Part shown: one piece after another, positions 41,685-51,586 of the stretch
How the letters are laid out: each line of letters starts with the position of its first letter
Position numbering within the stretch: position 1 is the first letter of the stretch
NCBI GenBank assembly: GCA_047601445.1
Contig: JASGJH010000001.1
Coordinates: 1,920,001-1,984,000 of the forward strand
Length of the DNA stretch: 64,000 nt
Direction of reading: 5' to 3'
Origin: Myxococcales bacterium
GTDB lineage: Bacteria; Myxococcota_A; Polyangia; Polyangiales; DASUME01
Translations under genes and position numbers: made by a program
Notes under the pieces: model-generated
The model's input: the letters and a program-made list of their open reading frames with translations, nothing else
What the model was told of the DNA's origin: nothing
The model's database searches: none

Positions 41685-44288
41685 ATGTTCGGAGAACCGA
41701 GTTCGACGCGCGTCTCAGCGCTTGCCCGCTTGTATGCGCCGCTGGCAGGGGTGTTCGACGAGACCAAGTCGGAAGATGGTGTCTTCCGCCCCCACTGGCG
41801 TCACTTCTGGGAGCTCCTCGACAAGATGGGCCCCGGCGAGCTGTATCAGCGCTGGCAGAAGGCCCAACACCTGCTGCACGAAAACGGCGTCAGCTACAAC
41901 GTGTACGGCGATCCCCAGGGCATGGAGCGGCCCTGGAGTTTGTCGCCCATTCCGGTGCTGATCGCCGCCGAGGAGTGGCACACGATCGAAAATGGTCTGG
42001 CCCAGCGCGCGCGCCTGCTCGATGCGCTGCTCAAGGACCTCTACGGCCCGCAGCGCGTGCTCACCGAGGGGCATTTGCCTCCGGAGCTCGTCTTCGAGAA
42101 CCCCTGTTTCCTGCGGGCGATCCACGGCATGAACGTGCCGCGCGATCGCTGGTTGCCGCTCTACGGCGCAGACCTCGTGCGATTGCCGCAGGGCGGCTTC
42201 GCGGTGCTGGAGGATCGCACCCAGGCGCCCTCGGGTGCGGGCTATGCGCTCGAGAACCGCATCGTCATCTCGAGCGTGCTGCCGGAAGCCTTCCGCGACT
42301 GCAACGTGGAGCGCCTGGCACTGTTCTTCCGCGCCCTGCGTGACACGCTGCACTCGCTGGCGCCGCACAACCGCGACAACCCGCGCATCGTGCTGCTCAC
42401 GCCGGGTCCCTACAACGCCACCTACTTCGAGCAGGCCTTTCTCGCCAACTACCTCGGCTACACGCTGGTCAACGGCGGCGACCTCACGGTGCGTGAAGAC
42501 CGCGTGTACCTGAAGACGCTGGGCGGCCTGCAGCAAGTCGATGTGATCCTGCGGCGCGTCAACGACGACTACTGCGATCCGCTCGAGCTGCGTCCGGACT
42601 CGGTGCTCGGCATCCCGGGGCTCGTCCAGGCCGCGCGCGCCGGCAATGTGGCCATCGCTAGCCCGCTCGGCACCGGCCTACTGCAGACCCACGCCATCCT
42701 GCCCTACCTGGCGCGCCTGTCTCGAGCCCTGTTGGGCGAGGACCTGCGCTTGCCGTCCGTGCGCACGTTCTGGTGTGGTGATCCCGAGGGGCTCGCCGAG
42801 GCCGCCCACCGCTTCGACGACGTGGTCGTGCGCAGGACCTACTCGGAGGGCTTCGTGCAGGCCATCTTCACGGCCGAGCTCGACCGCAACCGACGCGCCG
42901 AGCTCCTGGCCGAGGTGCGCGCTCGACCTCGACAGTTCGTCGTGCAGGAGCGCGTGCACCCATCGACCGTGCCGTTGATGACGCAGAACGCATTCACGCC
43001 GCGCACGCTGGTGATGCGCTGCTTCGCGGTGGCAGGACGCGACGAGTACGTGGTGATGCCCGGCGGTCTGTCCCGAGTGGCGAGCGGCAAATCGGGCACC
43101 GAGGTCTCCATGCAGCTCGGCGCGGGCAGCAAGGACACCTGGATCGTCTCGCGCGAGCCAGTGTCGCACTTCAGCCTGCTGCCGCCCATCAATCGCCCGG
43201 TGGAGCTTTCGCGAGGCGGCAGCGACTTGCCGAGCCGCGCGGCCGACAACCTGTTCTGGTTGGGCCGCTATGCAGAGCGCGCCGAGGGCGTGGCCCGCCT
43301 GGCCCGCGTGGTGGCACAGCGCCTGAGCGACATCGTGAACGAGGACGACCTCGAGAACAGCATCGAGTTCGTTCCCTTGATGCGCACGTTGACCGCGCAG
43401 ACGGCCCTCAACTACACGGCGCCGCTGGCGGCCGGCAGCCCCAAGGACCTGCGCGCAGCCACACAGCAGCTGGTGGCGGCCGTATTCGACGAGAACGGTG
43501 CTGGCACGCTGAAGGCCGTGGTGCGTTCGACCCTGCGCGCCGGACGCTTGGTGCGGGACCGCATCTCCGCCGACACCTGGCGCGTGTTGGCGGCCCTCGA
43601 CGACGAGCTGCACGGAGCTGAGCTCGATCTGGAGTTCGGCACGCTCGGCAAGCTGTACGACGTGCTCAATCGCGTGGTGCTGCGACTGGCGGCCTTCAGC
43701 GGGTTGGTCATGGAGAGCATGACGCGCGGGCAAGCCTGGCGATTCCTCGATATGGGCCGGCGCCTGGAGCGCGCGCTCAGTCTGGTGACCCTGCTGCGCG
43801 GTAGCCTGGGCCAGAGCACACCGCGCGAGGGCCCGCTGCTCGAGGCCGTGCTCGAGGTGGCGGACAGCGGCATGACCTACCGGCGACGCTACCTGGCGAC
43901 CCTTCAGGTGGCGCCCGTGGTGGATTTGCTGCTCACCGACGAGACCAACCCGCGCTCGGTCATCTACCAGCTTGAAGCCGTGGTCTCGCAGATCGTCACG
44001 CTGCCGAGCGCACCGGGTCGCATGCGCACGCCCCAGGAGCGCATCGCGCTGTCGCTGCTCAACGACCTCAAGTTGACCGACATCGAGCATGCCTGCGCGC
44101 CCGACAGCAACGGCGAACGTCAGGGGCTGTCGGATCTGCTGTTGGACTTCGCGGCGCGCATTCCTGCGCTCTCGGATTCGCTCAGCGATCGCTACCTCAA
44201 CCACGCCACCGTCTCGCGCCACCTCAAGGTGCAGGACACTCCCGAGCCCGCTGACGCCATCGCTGGCGTCAAGGGAGGCGACTCGTGA
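41685..44288 (+). CDS. Circularly permuted ATP-grasp fused to alpha-E domain
   Basis: DRTQAPSGAGYALENR, LLTPGPYNATYFEQ, LRRVNDDYCDPLEL, SKDTW, then LPSRAADNLFWLGRYAERAE and GRRLERA. Confidence 0.94.
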   Translation: MFGEPSSTRVSALARLYAPLAGVFDETKSEDGVFRPHWRHFWELLDKMGPGELYQRWQKAQHLLHENGVSYNVYGDPQGMERPWSLSPIPVLIAAEEWHTIENGLAQRARLLDALLKDLYGPQRVLTEGHLPPELVFENPCFLRAIHGMNVPRDRWLPLYGADLVRLPQGGFAVLEDRTQAPSGAGYALENRIVISSVLPEAFRDCNVERLALFFRALRDTLHSLAPHNRDNPRIVLLTPGPYNATYFEQAFLANYLGYTLVNGGDLTVREDRVYLKTLGGLQQVDVILRRVNDDYCDPLELRPDSVLGIPGLVQAARAGNVAIASPLGTGLLQTHAILPYLARLSRALLGEDLRLPSVRTFWCGDPEGLAEAAHRFDDVVVRRTYSEGFVQAIFTAELDRNRRAELLAEVRARPRQFVVQERVHPSTVPLMTQNAFTPRTLVMRCFAVAGRDEYVVMPGGLSRVASGKSGTEVSMQLGAGSKDTWIVSREPVSHFSLLPPINRPVELSRGGSDLPSRAADNLFWLGRYAERAEGVARLARVVAQRLSDIVNEDDLENSIEFVPLMRTLTAQTALNYTAPLAAGSPKDLRAATQQLVAAVFDENGAGTLKAVVRSTLRAGRLVRDRISADTWRVLAALDDELHGAELDLEFGTLGKLYDVLNRVVLRLAAFSGLVMESMTRGQAWRFLDMGRRLERALSLVTLLRGSLGQSTPREGPLLEAVLEVADSGMTYRRRYLATLQVAPVVDLLLTDETNPRSVIYQLEAVVSQIVTLPSAPGRMRTPQERIALSLLNDLKLTDIEHACAPDSNGERQGLSDLLLDFAARIPALSDSLSDRYLNHATVSRHLKVQDTPEPADAIAGVKGGDS

Positions 44289-45253
44289 AGCTCAGCGTGG
44301 TCCACCGCACCCTCTATCAGTACGGCGATACCGTCACGACGTCGCACCACGAGGCGCGCCTCGCACCCCGCGACAGCGAGTTCCAGCGCACCTTGAGCCA
44401 CGAGCTCTTGATCACCCCCGCCCCCGAGGCGCGTCGCCGTCGCTTCGACTACTTCGGCAATCGCACGGTGCATTTCAGCATCAGCGAGCCGCATCGTTCG
44501 CTCGAAGTACGGGCCTCCAGCGTGGTGGACGTGACCCCGCTGCGTCCGCCCATCCTCGGCAGCACCCCGCCCTGGGAGAGCGTGCGCGACCGGCTGCGCG
44601 CCGATCGACGCCGCGATGTGCTCGACGCCTACGCGATGTGCTTCGATTCCCCGCACGTGCAGGTGGGTCCCGAAGTCTCCGCCTACGCGGCACCGAGCTT
44701 CCAGCGCGGTCGCCCCGTGCTCGAAGCGGTGGGCGAGCTGATGGACCGAATCTACCGGGAGTTCGCCTACGATCCGCGCGCCACCGAGGTCTCGACCCCG
44801 CTCGTAACCTTGCTGCAGGACCGCCGCGGCGTGTGCCAGGACTTTGCCCACCTGGCCATCGGCTGTCTGCGCTCGGTGGGGTTACCGGCGCGCTACGTGA
44901 GCGGCTACCTGCTCACGCGCCCGCCGCCTGGCAAGCCGAAGCTGGTGGGAGCCGACGCGTCCCACGCCTGGTTCGCCACCTTCATCCCGGAGTACGGCTG
45001 GGTCGACTTCGACCCGACCAACAACCTGATCCCTTCCGACGAACACATCACCATCGCCTACGGGCGCGACTTCGCCGATGTGACGCCCATCCGCGGCGTG
45101 ATCCTCGGTGGAGGGCAGCACGAGCTGAGCGTGGCGGTGGACGTCAACCTGGTGGAAGACGCTGAAGCGGCGGTCGAAGGCGAACACGTTCACTCCGAGT
45201 CCACCGACACCATCCTGCCCACGAGCGGGTCGCGGGCTCGAGAGGCGCTCTAG
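44285..45253 (+). CDS. Transglutaminase family protein
   Basis: HRTLYQY, GVCQDFAH, ARYVSGY, ASHAW, WVDFDPTN, GRDFADVTP; GTGA overlap. Confidence 0.95.
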   Translation: MKLSVVHRTLYQYGDTVTTSHHEARLAPRDSEFQRTLSHELLITPAPEARRRRFDYFGNRTVHFSISEPHRSLEVRASSVVDVTPLRPPILGSTPPWESVRDRLRADRRRDVLDAYAMCFDSPHVQVGPEVSAYAAPSFQRGRPVLEAVGELMDRIYREFAYDPRATEVSTPLVTLLQDRRGVCQDFAHLAIGCLRSVGLPARYVSGYLLTRPPPGKPKLVGADASHAWFATFIPEYGWVDFDPTNNLIPSDEHITIAYGRDFADVTPIRGVILGGGQHELSVAVDVNLVEDAEAAVEGEHVHSESTDTILPTSGSRAREAL

Positions 45254-45270
45254 GGAGCGTCGGAGCGTCC

Positions 45271-45498
45271 CTAGGCCAGGCGCTGCGGCAGGCGGGGAAC
45301 ATCCCGCTTGAAGCGCCAGACCCCGCGGAACTGGACGAAGCGCTCCCAGCAGTCGGTGCAGCGATACATGCCCCAAGGAAGCCAGCGCAGCAGCGGCCAG
45401 CCCAGCACGCCTTGGCGGCGCGAGCGGGCGATATGAGCGCTGCCGCAACCCGGACAACGGTGCGCGGCAGGGGAAGGGACCATCGAAGCAGGGCGCAT
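45271..45498 (-). CDS. Small zinc-ribbon protein
   Basis: CPGCGS...YRCTDC with a Trp-rich hydrophobic segment between; AT-richer upstream region. Confidence 0.6.
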   Translation of the reverse strand: MRPASMVPSPAAHRCPGCGSAHIARSRRQGVLGWPLLRWLPWGMYRCTDCWERFVQFRGVWRFKRDVPRLPQRLA

Positions 45499-45677
45499 GG
45501 AGCTGCCCTGAACGCAAGCGCCGGACCAAGCTTCGCACCCTGTACGTCAGCGCGTCTGATCGCTATTTAGCCCTGCAAATTCGCGAAATGCTGAAATTGA
45601 TCGCAAATCCGAGCGCTCCTAGCGAGGGACATTCTGCCCCACCGGCGCACGACGACGCGCGCTTCCGCCACGTGACC

Positions 45678-46793
45678 TCAGCCTGCGGCAGAGCTGACCG
45701 GAATCTCCTCCACGACCTCGAGACCGTAGCCCTCGAGACCGGCGATCTTGCGCGGACGGTTGGTGATCAGCCGAACCTGACCAAGCCCGAGCTCGACCAG
45801 CACTTGAGCGCCCAGACCGAACTCGCGCAGGATGACCCCGTTGTCCATCGGAGCCTGAATGGGCTGGCCCATGTGGAAGGCCAGGTCGTTCTTGATGCTG
45901 ACGCGGCCCGGCAAGAAGAGGAGCACGCCCTTGCCTTCTTTTTCGATGCGGGCGATGGCGTCGCTGGCCACCACACGATCCCCCGCATGCACGCCGAACA
46001 CGTCGCCCAGCATGCTGCCCGTGTGGACGCGCACCAGCGTGGGGCTGCGGTCGACTTCGCCGAGCACCAGGGCCAGGAAGTCCCGCTCGTCGCCCTCGAC
46101 GCCGAAGGCGTAGGCCTTCCACGTCTTGCCAGTGGGCAGCTTGACCTCACCGGTGAGCGAGCTGTGCACCAGGCGCTCACGCAGGAGCCGGTACTGAATG
46201 AGATCGGCGATGCTGCAGATGTGGAGCTTGTGCTCCTTGGCGAACACCTCGAGGTCACCACGGCGCGCCATGGTGCCGTCGTCGTTCATGACCTCGCAGA
46301 TCACACCGTAGGGCGAGCAGCCCGCGAGGCGCGCGAGATCGACCGAGCCTTCGGTATGGCCTGCGCGCTGCAGCACGCCGCCTTGCACGGCGCGCAGCGG
46401 AAACACGTGGCCCGGGCTGACGATGTCGTGGGGACGCGCGTCCGCGTGGACCGCCGTGAGCACGGTGTGGGCGCGATCGGCAGCGCTGATGCCCGTGCTG
46501 ACTCCGTGGCGAGCTTCGATGGAGACCGTGAAGGCGGTGGAACGATTGGAGGTGTTCTCATCGACCATCATGGGCAGCCCGAGGCGGCGTACGCGCTCCT
46601 CGGTGAGCGTCAGGCAGATCAAGCCGCGCCCGTACTTGGCCATGAAGTTGATGGCCTCGGGCGTGACCTTGTCGGCGGCCATCACCAGGTCGCCCTCGTT
46701 CTCGCGATCTTCGTCGTCTACGACGATGACCATGCGTCCCTGGCGGATCTCTTCCAGGGCTAGCTCGACTCTGCGGATGGCTTCCGTTCCCAC
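45678..46793 (-). CDS. ribB: DHBP synthase fused to a degenerate GTP cyclohydrolase II domain (RibBX-type)
   Basis: [34 protein letters not shown] intact; C-domain has [14 protein letters not shown] with no Zn-binding cysteines. Confidence 0.93.
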   Translation of the reverse strand: MGTEAIRRVELALEEIRQGRMVIVVDDEDRENEGDLVMAADKVTPEAINFMAKYGRGLICLTLTEERVRRLGLPMMVDENTSNRSTAFTVSIEARHGVSTGISAADRAHTVLTAVHADARPHDIVSPGHVFPLRAVQGGVLQRAGHTEGSVDLARLAGCSPYGVICEVMNDDGTMARRGDLEVFAKEHKLHICSIADLIQYRLLRERLVHSSLTGEVKLPTGKTWKAYAFGVEGDERDFLALVLGEVDRSPTLVRVHTGSMLGDVFGVHAGDRVVASDAIARIEKEGKGVLLFLPGRVSIKNDLAFHMGQPIQAPMDNGVILREFGLGAQVLVELGLGQVRLITNRPRKIAGLEGYGLEVVEEIPVSSAAG

Positions 46794-46905
46794 GTGTTTG
46801 GTACTCCCGTTTGGGGCCCTTTCTTAGCACTTGGGGGCCGTCATGCTGGCCGACAAGGGAGCCGGGACGCAGAGCGTGCCGGGGCGAGCATTCGGATTGC
46901 AGACG

Positions 46906-48024
46906 TCAGCGTGTCGGGAGCGCGTTAGCGGCGGGAACTTCGAGCGGGCCCTCGATCAGCAGATCATCGCCAAAACGCCGGGTTACAGGGGACTTGATGG
47001 CCAGGGCTTCGGACATCGCGGTGCGCGGACCCGCGTCGGCCAGCGGTCGTGCCTCGACGTCTCCCAAGATGCGCGGGGCCACGAACACGGCGGCGTAGTC
47101 CACCGCACCTTGGGCCAGGAAGGAGCCATGGAGGGTGGGCCCGCCCTCGACCAGGAGGCGCACCACGTTGCGGCGCGCGAGGTCGCGCAGCACCCACTCG
47201 AGGTCGAGGCCACGCTCGGCGCGCGGCGCCTCGATGAGCAGGGCACCGCGCTCACGCAGCTCGCGCCGGCGATCGAAGTCCGCCTCGGGGGCATGGAAGA
47301 TCCACACGGGAGCCGACGACGAGGGGTCGAACAGGCGGGCGCTGGGCGGGGTCAGCAACGCGCTGTCGAGCACCACCCGGACGGGGTCCCGGCCACGTAC
47401 GTGGCGAACGGTGAGCGCAGGGTCGTCCGCGATGACCGTACGCGCTCCGACCATGATGGCGTCGCTGCGGTCGCGCAGGCGATGGGCGTGCGTCCGCGCT
47501 TCTTTTCCGGTGATCCAGCGGGAGTCTCCGCTGCGCGTGGCCATGCGTCCATCGAGCGTCACGGCCGCCTTGAGGGTGACGTAGGGCAGCCCCAACAAGG
47601 CGTGCTTGTAGAAGTCGGCCACCATGGCCTCGGCCCGCTCCTGCAGGACACCCCACTCCACCTGGATGCCAGCTTCACGCATGCGCGTGATGCCGCGACC
47701 GTGACCTGGAATGCGATCTTCGCAGCCGACCACGACACGCGAGACCCCCGCGCGAATCAACGCCTCGCTGCAGGGCCCGGTACGGCCATGGTGGTTGCAG
47801 GGTTCGAGCGTGACGTACACGGTGGCGCCCTCGGCGCGCATGTCGAGCTTGCGTAAGGCGTCGATCTCGGCGTGCGCTTTGCCGGCCTGGGCGTGATGGC
47901 CCGTGGCGATCACTTCCCCGTCGCGCACGATGACGCAACCCACGTGGGGATTCGGGCTCGGACGCCCGCGCGTGGCGTGCTCGAGCGCCAGGCGCATCAT
48001 GGAAAGATCGAACTCGGAGCTCAT
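46906..48024 (-). CDS. ribD: Riboflavin biosynthesis deaminase/reductase
   Basis: [42 protein letters not shown]. Confidence 0.97.
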   Translation of the reverse strand: MSSEFDLSMMRLALEHATRGRPSPNPHVGCVIVRDGEVIATGHHAQAGKAHAEIDALRKLDMRAEGATVYVTLEPCNHHGRTGPCSEALIRAGVSRVVVGCEDRIPGHGRGITRMREAGIQVEWGVLQERAEAMVADFYKHALLGLPYVTLKAAVTLDGRMATRSGDSRWITGKEARTHAHRLRDRSDAIMVGARTVIADDPALTVRHVRGRDPVRVVLDSALLTPPSARLFDPSSSAPVWIFHAPEADFDRRRELRERGALLIEAPRAERGLDLEWVLRDLARRNVVRLLVEGGPTLHGSFLAQGAVDYAAVFVAPRILGDVEARPLADAGPRTAMSEALAIKSPVTRRFGDDLLIEGPLEVPAANALPTR

Positions 48025-48479
48025 GAAGGGTTCTTCAGCAGATTGGACAACGCGCTCATGAATTCGTGGATGTCCTTGAAGGAGCGATACACGCTCGCAA
48101 AGCGCACGTAGGCAACCGGATCCATGTCGCGCAGCGCTTCCATGCAGCGCTCGCCGATCATCGAAGAGGCCACTTCCTTTTCACCGGAGTCCACCAGCTC
48201 ACGCTCGATGCGGTCCACCGTGCGATCGATGGTTTCGCTCGAGACCGGGCGCTTTTCGCAGGCGCGCCTGAGTCCGCCGATCACCTTCATGCGATCGAAA
48301 GGCTCGCGTCGACCGTCCTTCTTCACGACCAGGGGCAGGACCTCCTCGACACGCTCGTAGGTGGTGTAGCGACGGGTGCAGTGATCGCACTCGCGGCGTC
48401 GGCGCGTGACCTCGCCGCCCTGCGAGAGGCGCGAATCGATCACTTTGTTGTCCAGGTGGCCGCAGAAAGGGCACTTCAT
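48021..48479 (-). CDS. nrdR: Transcriptional repressor NrdR
   Basis: [23 protein letters not shown]-cone, [10 protein letters not shown]. Confidence 0.98.
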   Translation of the reverse strand: MKCPFCGHLDNKVIDSRLSQGGEVTRRRRECDHCTRRYTTYERVEEVLPLVVKKDGRREPFDRMKVIGGLRRACEKRPVSSETIDRTVDRIERELVDSGEKEVASSMIGERCMEALRDMDPVAYVRFASVYRSFKDIHEFMSALSNLLKNPS

Positions 48480-48610
48480 GGGGAAACGCTAGCGAGTACG
48501 CGCTGCTCCGGCAACAGGAGCCGGCGTTCTTACGCGTCGATCGTTCGCGGACGGCGGTCACGGCGCTGGCCGCGCCGGCGTCCGGAGTGGGGCACAAACG
48601 CGTTTACGGC

Positions 48611-49888
48611 TCAGCGCGGGCTGGCGAGCACGACCAGACTCTCGAGATCGGCCGTCTGCGGGAACATGTCGAACGCCTCGGCCCACTCCACCTGGAAGCC
48701 CGCCGCAAGGAGCGGCGCCACGTCGCGTCCCAGCGTGGCCGTGTCGCAGGACACGTAGACCACCCGCTTGAGCTTGCGTGCCAGCAGCGACTGCAGCACG
48801 CCCGGCGCCCCGGCGCGCGGCGGGTCGAGCACCACCACGTCGTAGGTCCCCGAGCTCGCCGCCTTGGCCGCATCTCCTTCGATGATCTTGGCGCTGAGCG
48901 CGCGGGCCGCGAGGTTCTTGCGCAGCGAGGCCACCGCGGCAGCGTCCTGCTCGACGGCGGTGTAGCTGGCGGTACCGGGCACGAGGGCCAGCGTCAGGTT
49001 GCCGTGCCCGGCGTAGAGCTCGAGCACGCGGGCCCCTTCCGCCCGTACCTGCTCCTTGACGCGCGCCACGAGGGCGCGATTTACCTCGGATTGTGCCTGC
49101 GAGAAGCCCCCGAGTGTGCCCTCCAGGGGCTCCCCATCGGGCCCCTCGGTCCACTCCTCGGGCGCGCCGAAGCGCGCCGGCTTGCTCGTGCCCTGGACCC
49201 ACAGCGCCAGGCCCTCCACTTTGCCCTCGGTCACCATGGCCTCGCAGGCGGCGTAGAGGGTCGGCTCCTGCGCGCTCTCGCTGCGCAGCACGACCACGGC
49301 GCCACCGCTGCGTCCGCGCGCCAAGGCGAGCTCGCCCTCCCCCGACAACAGCGGCAAGAGGCGGGCTCGGATCTCGAGCAGGGCCTGGTCGAGCACCGGC
49401 TCGAGCACCACACAGCTCGCAACATCGACCAGCTCCCGGGAGCGCTCGCGGCGGTACCCGAGCTCACGGGCGCGTCCCGCGACCCGAAACGCGAGGCGCG
49501 CGCGACGCCGATAGCCGAGCGCACGCTCGTCGCCGGTGAAGTGTACCTCCAGATCGGCCGGCGCCCCCGCCTTGCTGAGCGCCTCGCGCAGGAAACGGCG
49601 CTTGTGTTCACGCTGACTCGCGAGGCCCAGGTGCATGAAGGGGCAACCGCCGCAACGCACCACGTAGGGACACGCAGGCTCGACGCGCTCCGGCGAGCTC
49701 GAGAGAACGCTGAGGATGCGCCCGCGCCGCACCTTGCCAGGCTTGTCGTCCAGCGAAACCAGGACCTGCTCGCCGGGCACGCCGAAGCGCGCCAGCACCA
49801 CGCCGCGCTCGGTCTCGAGCACCGCCTCGCCGCTCTGGACCAAATCTCGGACCCGGGCCTCGAGTCGATCACGCTGTTTGGCAGTCAA
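48611..49888 (-). CDS. rlmD: 23S rRNA (uracil-5)-methyltransferase RlmD/TrmA family
   Basis: TRAM-like N-terminus, CPYVVRCGGC, FSQ, LELYAGHG, LDPPRAG, YVSC, DMFPQT. Confidence 0.88.
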   Translation of the reverse strand: MTAKQRDRLEARVRDLVQSGEAVLETERGVVLARFGVPGEQVLVSLDDKPGKVRRGRILSVLSSSPERVEPACPYVVRCGGCPFMHLGLASQREHKRRFLREALSKAGAPADLEVHFTGDERALGYRRRARLAFRVAGRARELGYRRERSRELVDVASCVVLEPVLDQALLEIRARLLPLLSGEGELALARGRSGGAVVVLRSESAQEPTLYAACEAMVTEGKVEGLALWVQGTSKPARFGAPEEWTEGPDGEPLEGTLGGFSQAQSEVNRALVARVKEQVRAEGARVLELYAGHGNLTLALVPGTASYTAVEQDAAAVASLRKNLAARALSAKIIEGDAAKAASSGTYDVVVLDPPRAGAPGVLQSLLARKLKRVVYVSCDTATLGRDVAPLLAAGFQVEWAEAFDMFPQTADLESLVVLASPR

Positions 49889-49900
49889 GTACAGCTCCAG

Positions 49901-50458
49901 TCAGGGAAACTGCTGGGAGGGACTCCCACGCTGGTAGAGAAATTCGAAGGCGCCACTGAGGTCGGATTTGCGCTCGGGATGACGCGGATCCTCGAAGTGA
50001 ATGTCCACCAGGGTCGCGTTGATTTGGACCTCGTGTTTGTCCACCTGGGGAGCATAGATGGCATCGAAGCGAATGGTTCCGCTCACGGCAGGCAACACCA
50101 CGGGAGTCTTGTCGCGACCCGGCGGACAGCTGTCGTTGAGGAAGAGAGAGATGTCGACGCGCGGATCACTGGCACTGACGTCGATGTCCTTGCCCAGGAA
50201 GTCTTTCTTGAGCGTGGTCGCATCGTTCACCAAAATCGCCACCCCGTCGCTCCGCACCTCGAGGTCGCTGCCGCGTTGGACGCGGATGCGCAGGAGCTGC
50301 TGGATGGCCTGGCCAAAGAAGGCGGTGGGTCCCAGCTCGTAGGGTCCGCTGTGGCAGCCGGGTACGTCGAGGGAGCCCGAGAGCTCGCCCTCGCCATGGC
50401 CCACGGAGCAGGCCGTGAACAGCCAAGCAGCGAGCAAGCGCAGGCCGAGCCGCGACAT
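49901..50458 (-). CDS. Hypothetical lipoprotein
   Basis: MSRLGLRLLAAWLFTAC lipobox; C-terminal FLYQRGSPSQQFP. Confidence 0.75.
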   Translation of the reverse strand: MSRLGLRLLAAWLFTACSVGHGEGELSGSLDVPGCHSGPYELGPTAFFGQAIQQLLRIRVQRGSDLEVRSDGVAILVNDATTLKKDFLGKDIDVSASDPRVDISLFLNDSCPPGRDKTPVVLPAVSGTIRFDAIYAPQVDKHEVQINATLVDIHFEDPRHPERKSDLSGAFEFLYQRGSPSQQFP

Positions 50459-50504
50459 CACCTGATGGGCGCGCCCATCCCTCGTCGGGGCACGCCTGCT
50501 CGAC

Positions 50505-51554
50505 TCAAGCGATAATGCCACCGCCCACCACCTCGTCGCCTCGGTATACCACGGCAGCCTGTCCGGGCGTGATCGCGCGCTGCGGTTCGCTGAACTCGGC
50601 CAGGAAGCCGCGCGTGGTGGGGATCACGCGCGCGGGCGCCGGCGCGTGGCGATAGCGCACACGCACCTGAGCATCGAACGGGGCGTCTGGCACCGGGCCG
50701 CACCAGGACGCCGCGGAGATCTCGCAGCGCTGGGCGAAGAGTTGATTTTCGTCACCCACCACCACGGCGTTCTCTTCGGGCAAAACGCGCAGCACGTAGC
50801 GCAAGGGGCCACCACCCAAGCCGAGACCTTTGCGCTGCCCCACCGTGTAGCGATAGATGCCCTGGTGCTCGCCCACGAGGTTGCCTTCGGGGTCCCGCAT
50901 CTCGCCGCGCTGGCTCACGCTGCGCTCTCGCTCGACGAAGCCGCCGATGTCGCCGTCGGGCACGAAGCAGAGCTCCTGCGAGTCGGGCTTCTGGGCATTG
51001 GGCACGCCGAGGCGCACGCCCTCGGCTCGCGTGCGATCCTTGGTGAGGTCACCGAGCGGAAAGCGCAGTCGCGCGAGCACCTGCGGGGGCACGCCGTAGA
51101 GGAAGTAGCTCTGGTCCTTGTGGTGATCGCGACCGCGCAAGAGGCGCACGGACCCATCGGAGGCGGGCTCGATGCGCGCGTAGTGACCGGTGGCCACCAC
51201 GTCGCAACCGAAGCGGTCGGCGAGCTCGATCAGGCGCGTGACTTTGACGTGCTGATTGCAGGCGACGCACGGGGCGGGGGTGGTGCCGCCCAGATAGCTG
51301 TCCAAGAAGGGTTCCACCACATGGCTGCGAAACGCGGCGCGCTCGTCGATGACGTAGTGAGGAAACCCGATGTGCTCGGCGGTCCGGCGCGCGTCATCAC
51401 GGTCTTCGGGCGCACAACAGCGTCCCACCTTGTCGTCGCCTTGGGCGTCCCACAGGTGAAACGTGATGCCCACGAGCTCATGGCCTTGCTCGGCCAGCAG
51501 GGCCGCCGCCACCGAGGAGTCGACTCCTCCACTCATCGCCACCAGGACGCGCAT
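50505..51554 (-). CDS. mnmA: tRNA 2-thiouridylase MnmA
   Basis: AMSGGVDSSV, PCVACN, ATGHYA, KDQSYFL, DSQELCF, TVGQRKG, TPGQ. Confidence 0.97.
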   Translation of the reverse strand: MRVLVAMSGGVDSSVAAALLAEQGHELVGITFHLWDAQGDDKVGRCCAPEDRDDARRTAEHIGFPHYVIDERAAFRSHVVEPFLDSYLGGTTPAPCVACNQHVKVTRLIELADRFGCDVVATGHYARIEPASDGSVRLLRGRDHHKDQSYFLYGVPPQVLARLRFPLGDLTKDRTRAEGVRLGVPNAQKPDSQELCFVPDGDIGGFVERERSVSQRGEMRDPEGNLVGEHQGIYRYTVGQRKGLGLGGGPLRYVLRVLPEENAVVVGDENQLFAQRCEISAASWCGPVPDAPFDAQVRVRYRHAPAPARVIPTTRGFLAEFSEPQRAITPGQAAVVYRGDEVVGGGIIA

Positions 51555-51586
51555 CGGCCTGCTTGTGAAAGCTGGTCGACCGGCCG

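Noticed and set aside
34995..45677. Ligase block as an active mobile element
   Set aside because: No integrase, transposase, tRNA target or terminal repeats seen; composition looks similar to the flanks.
46794..46905. FMN riboswitch upstream of ribB (also checked upstream of ribH)
   Set aside because: No RFN consensus segments recognisable.
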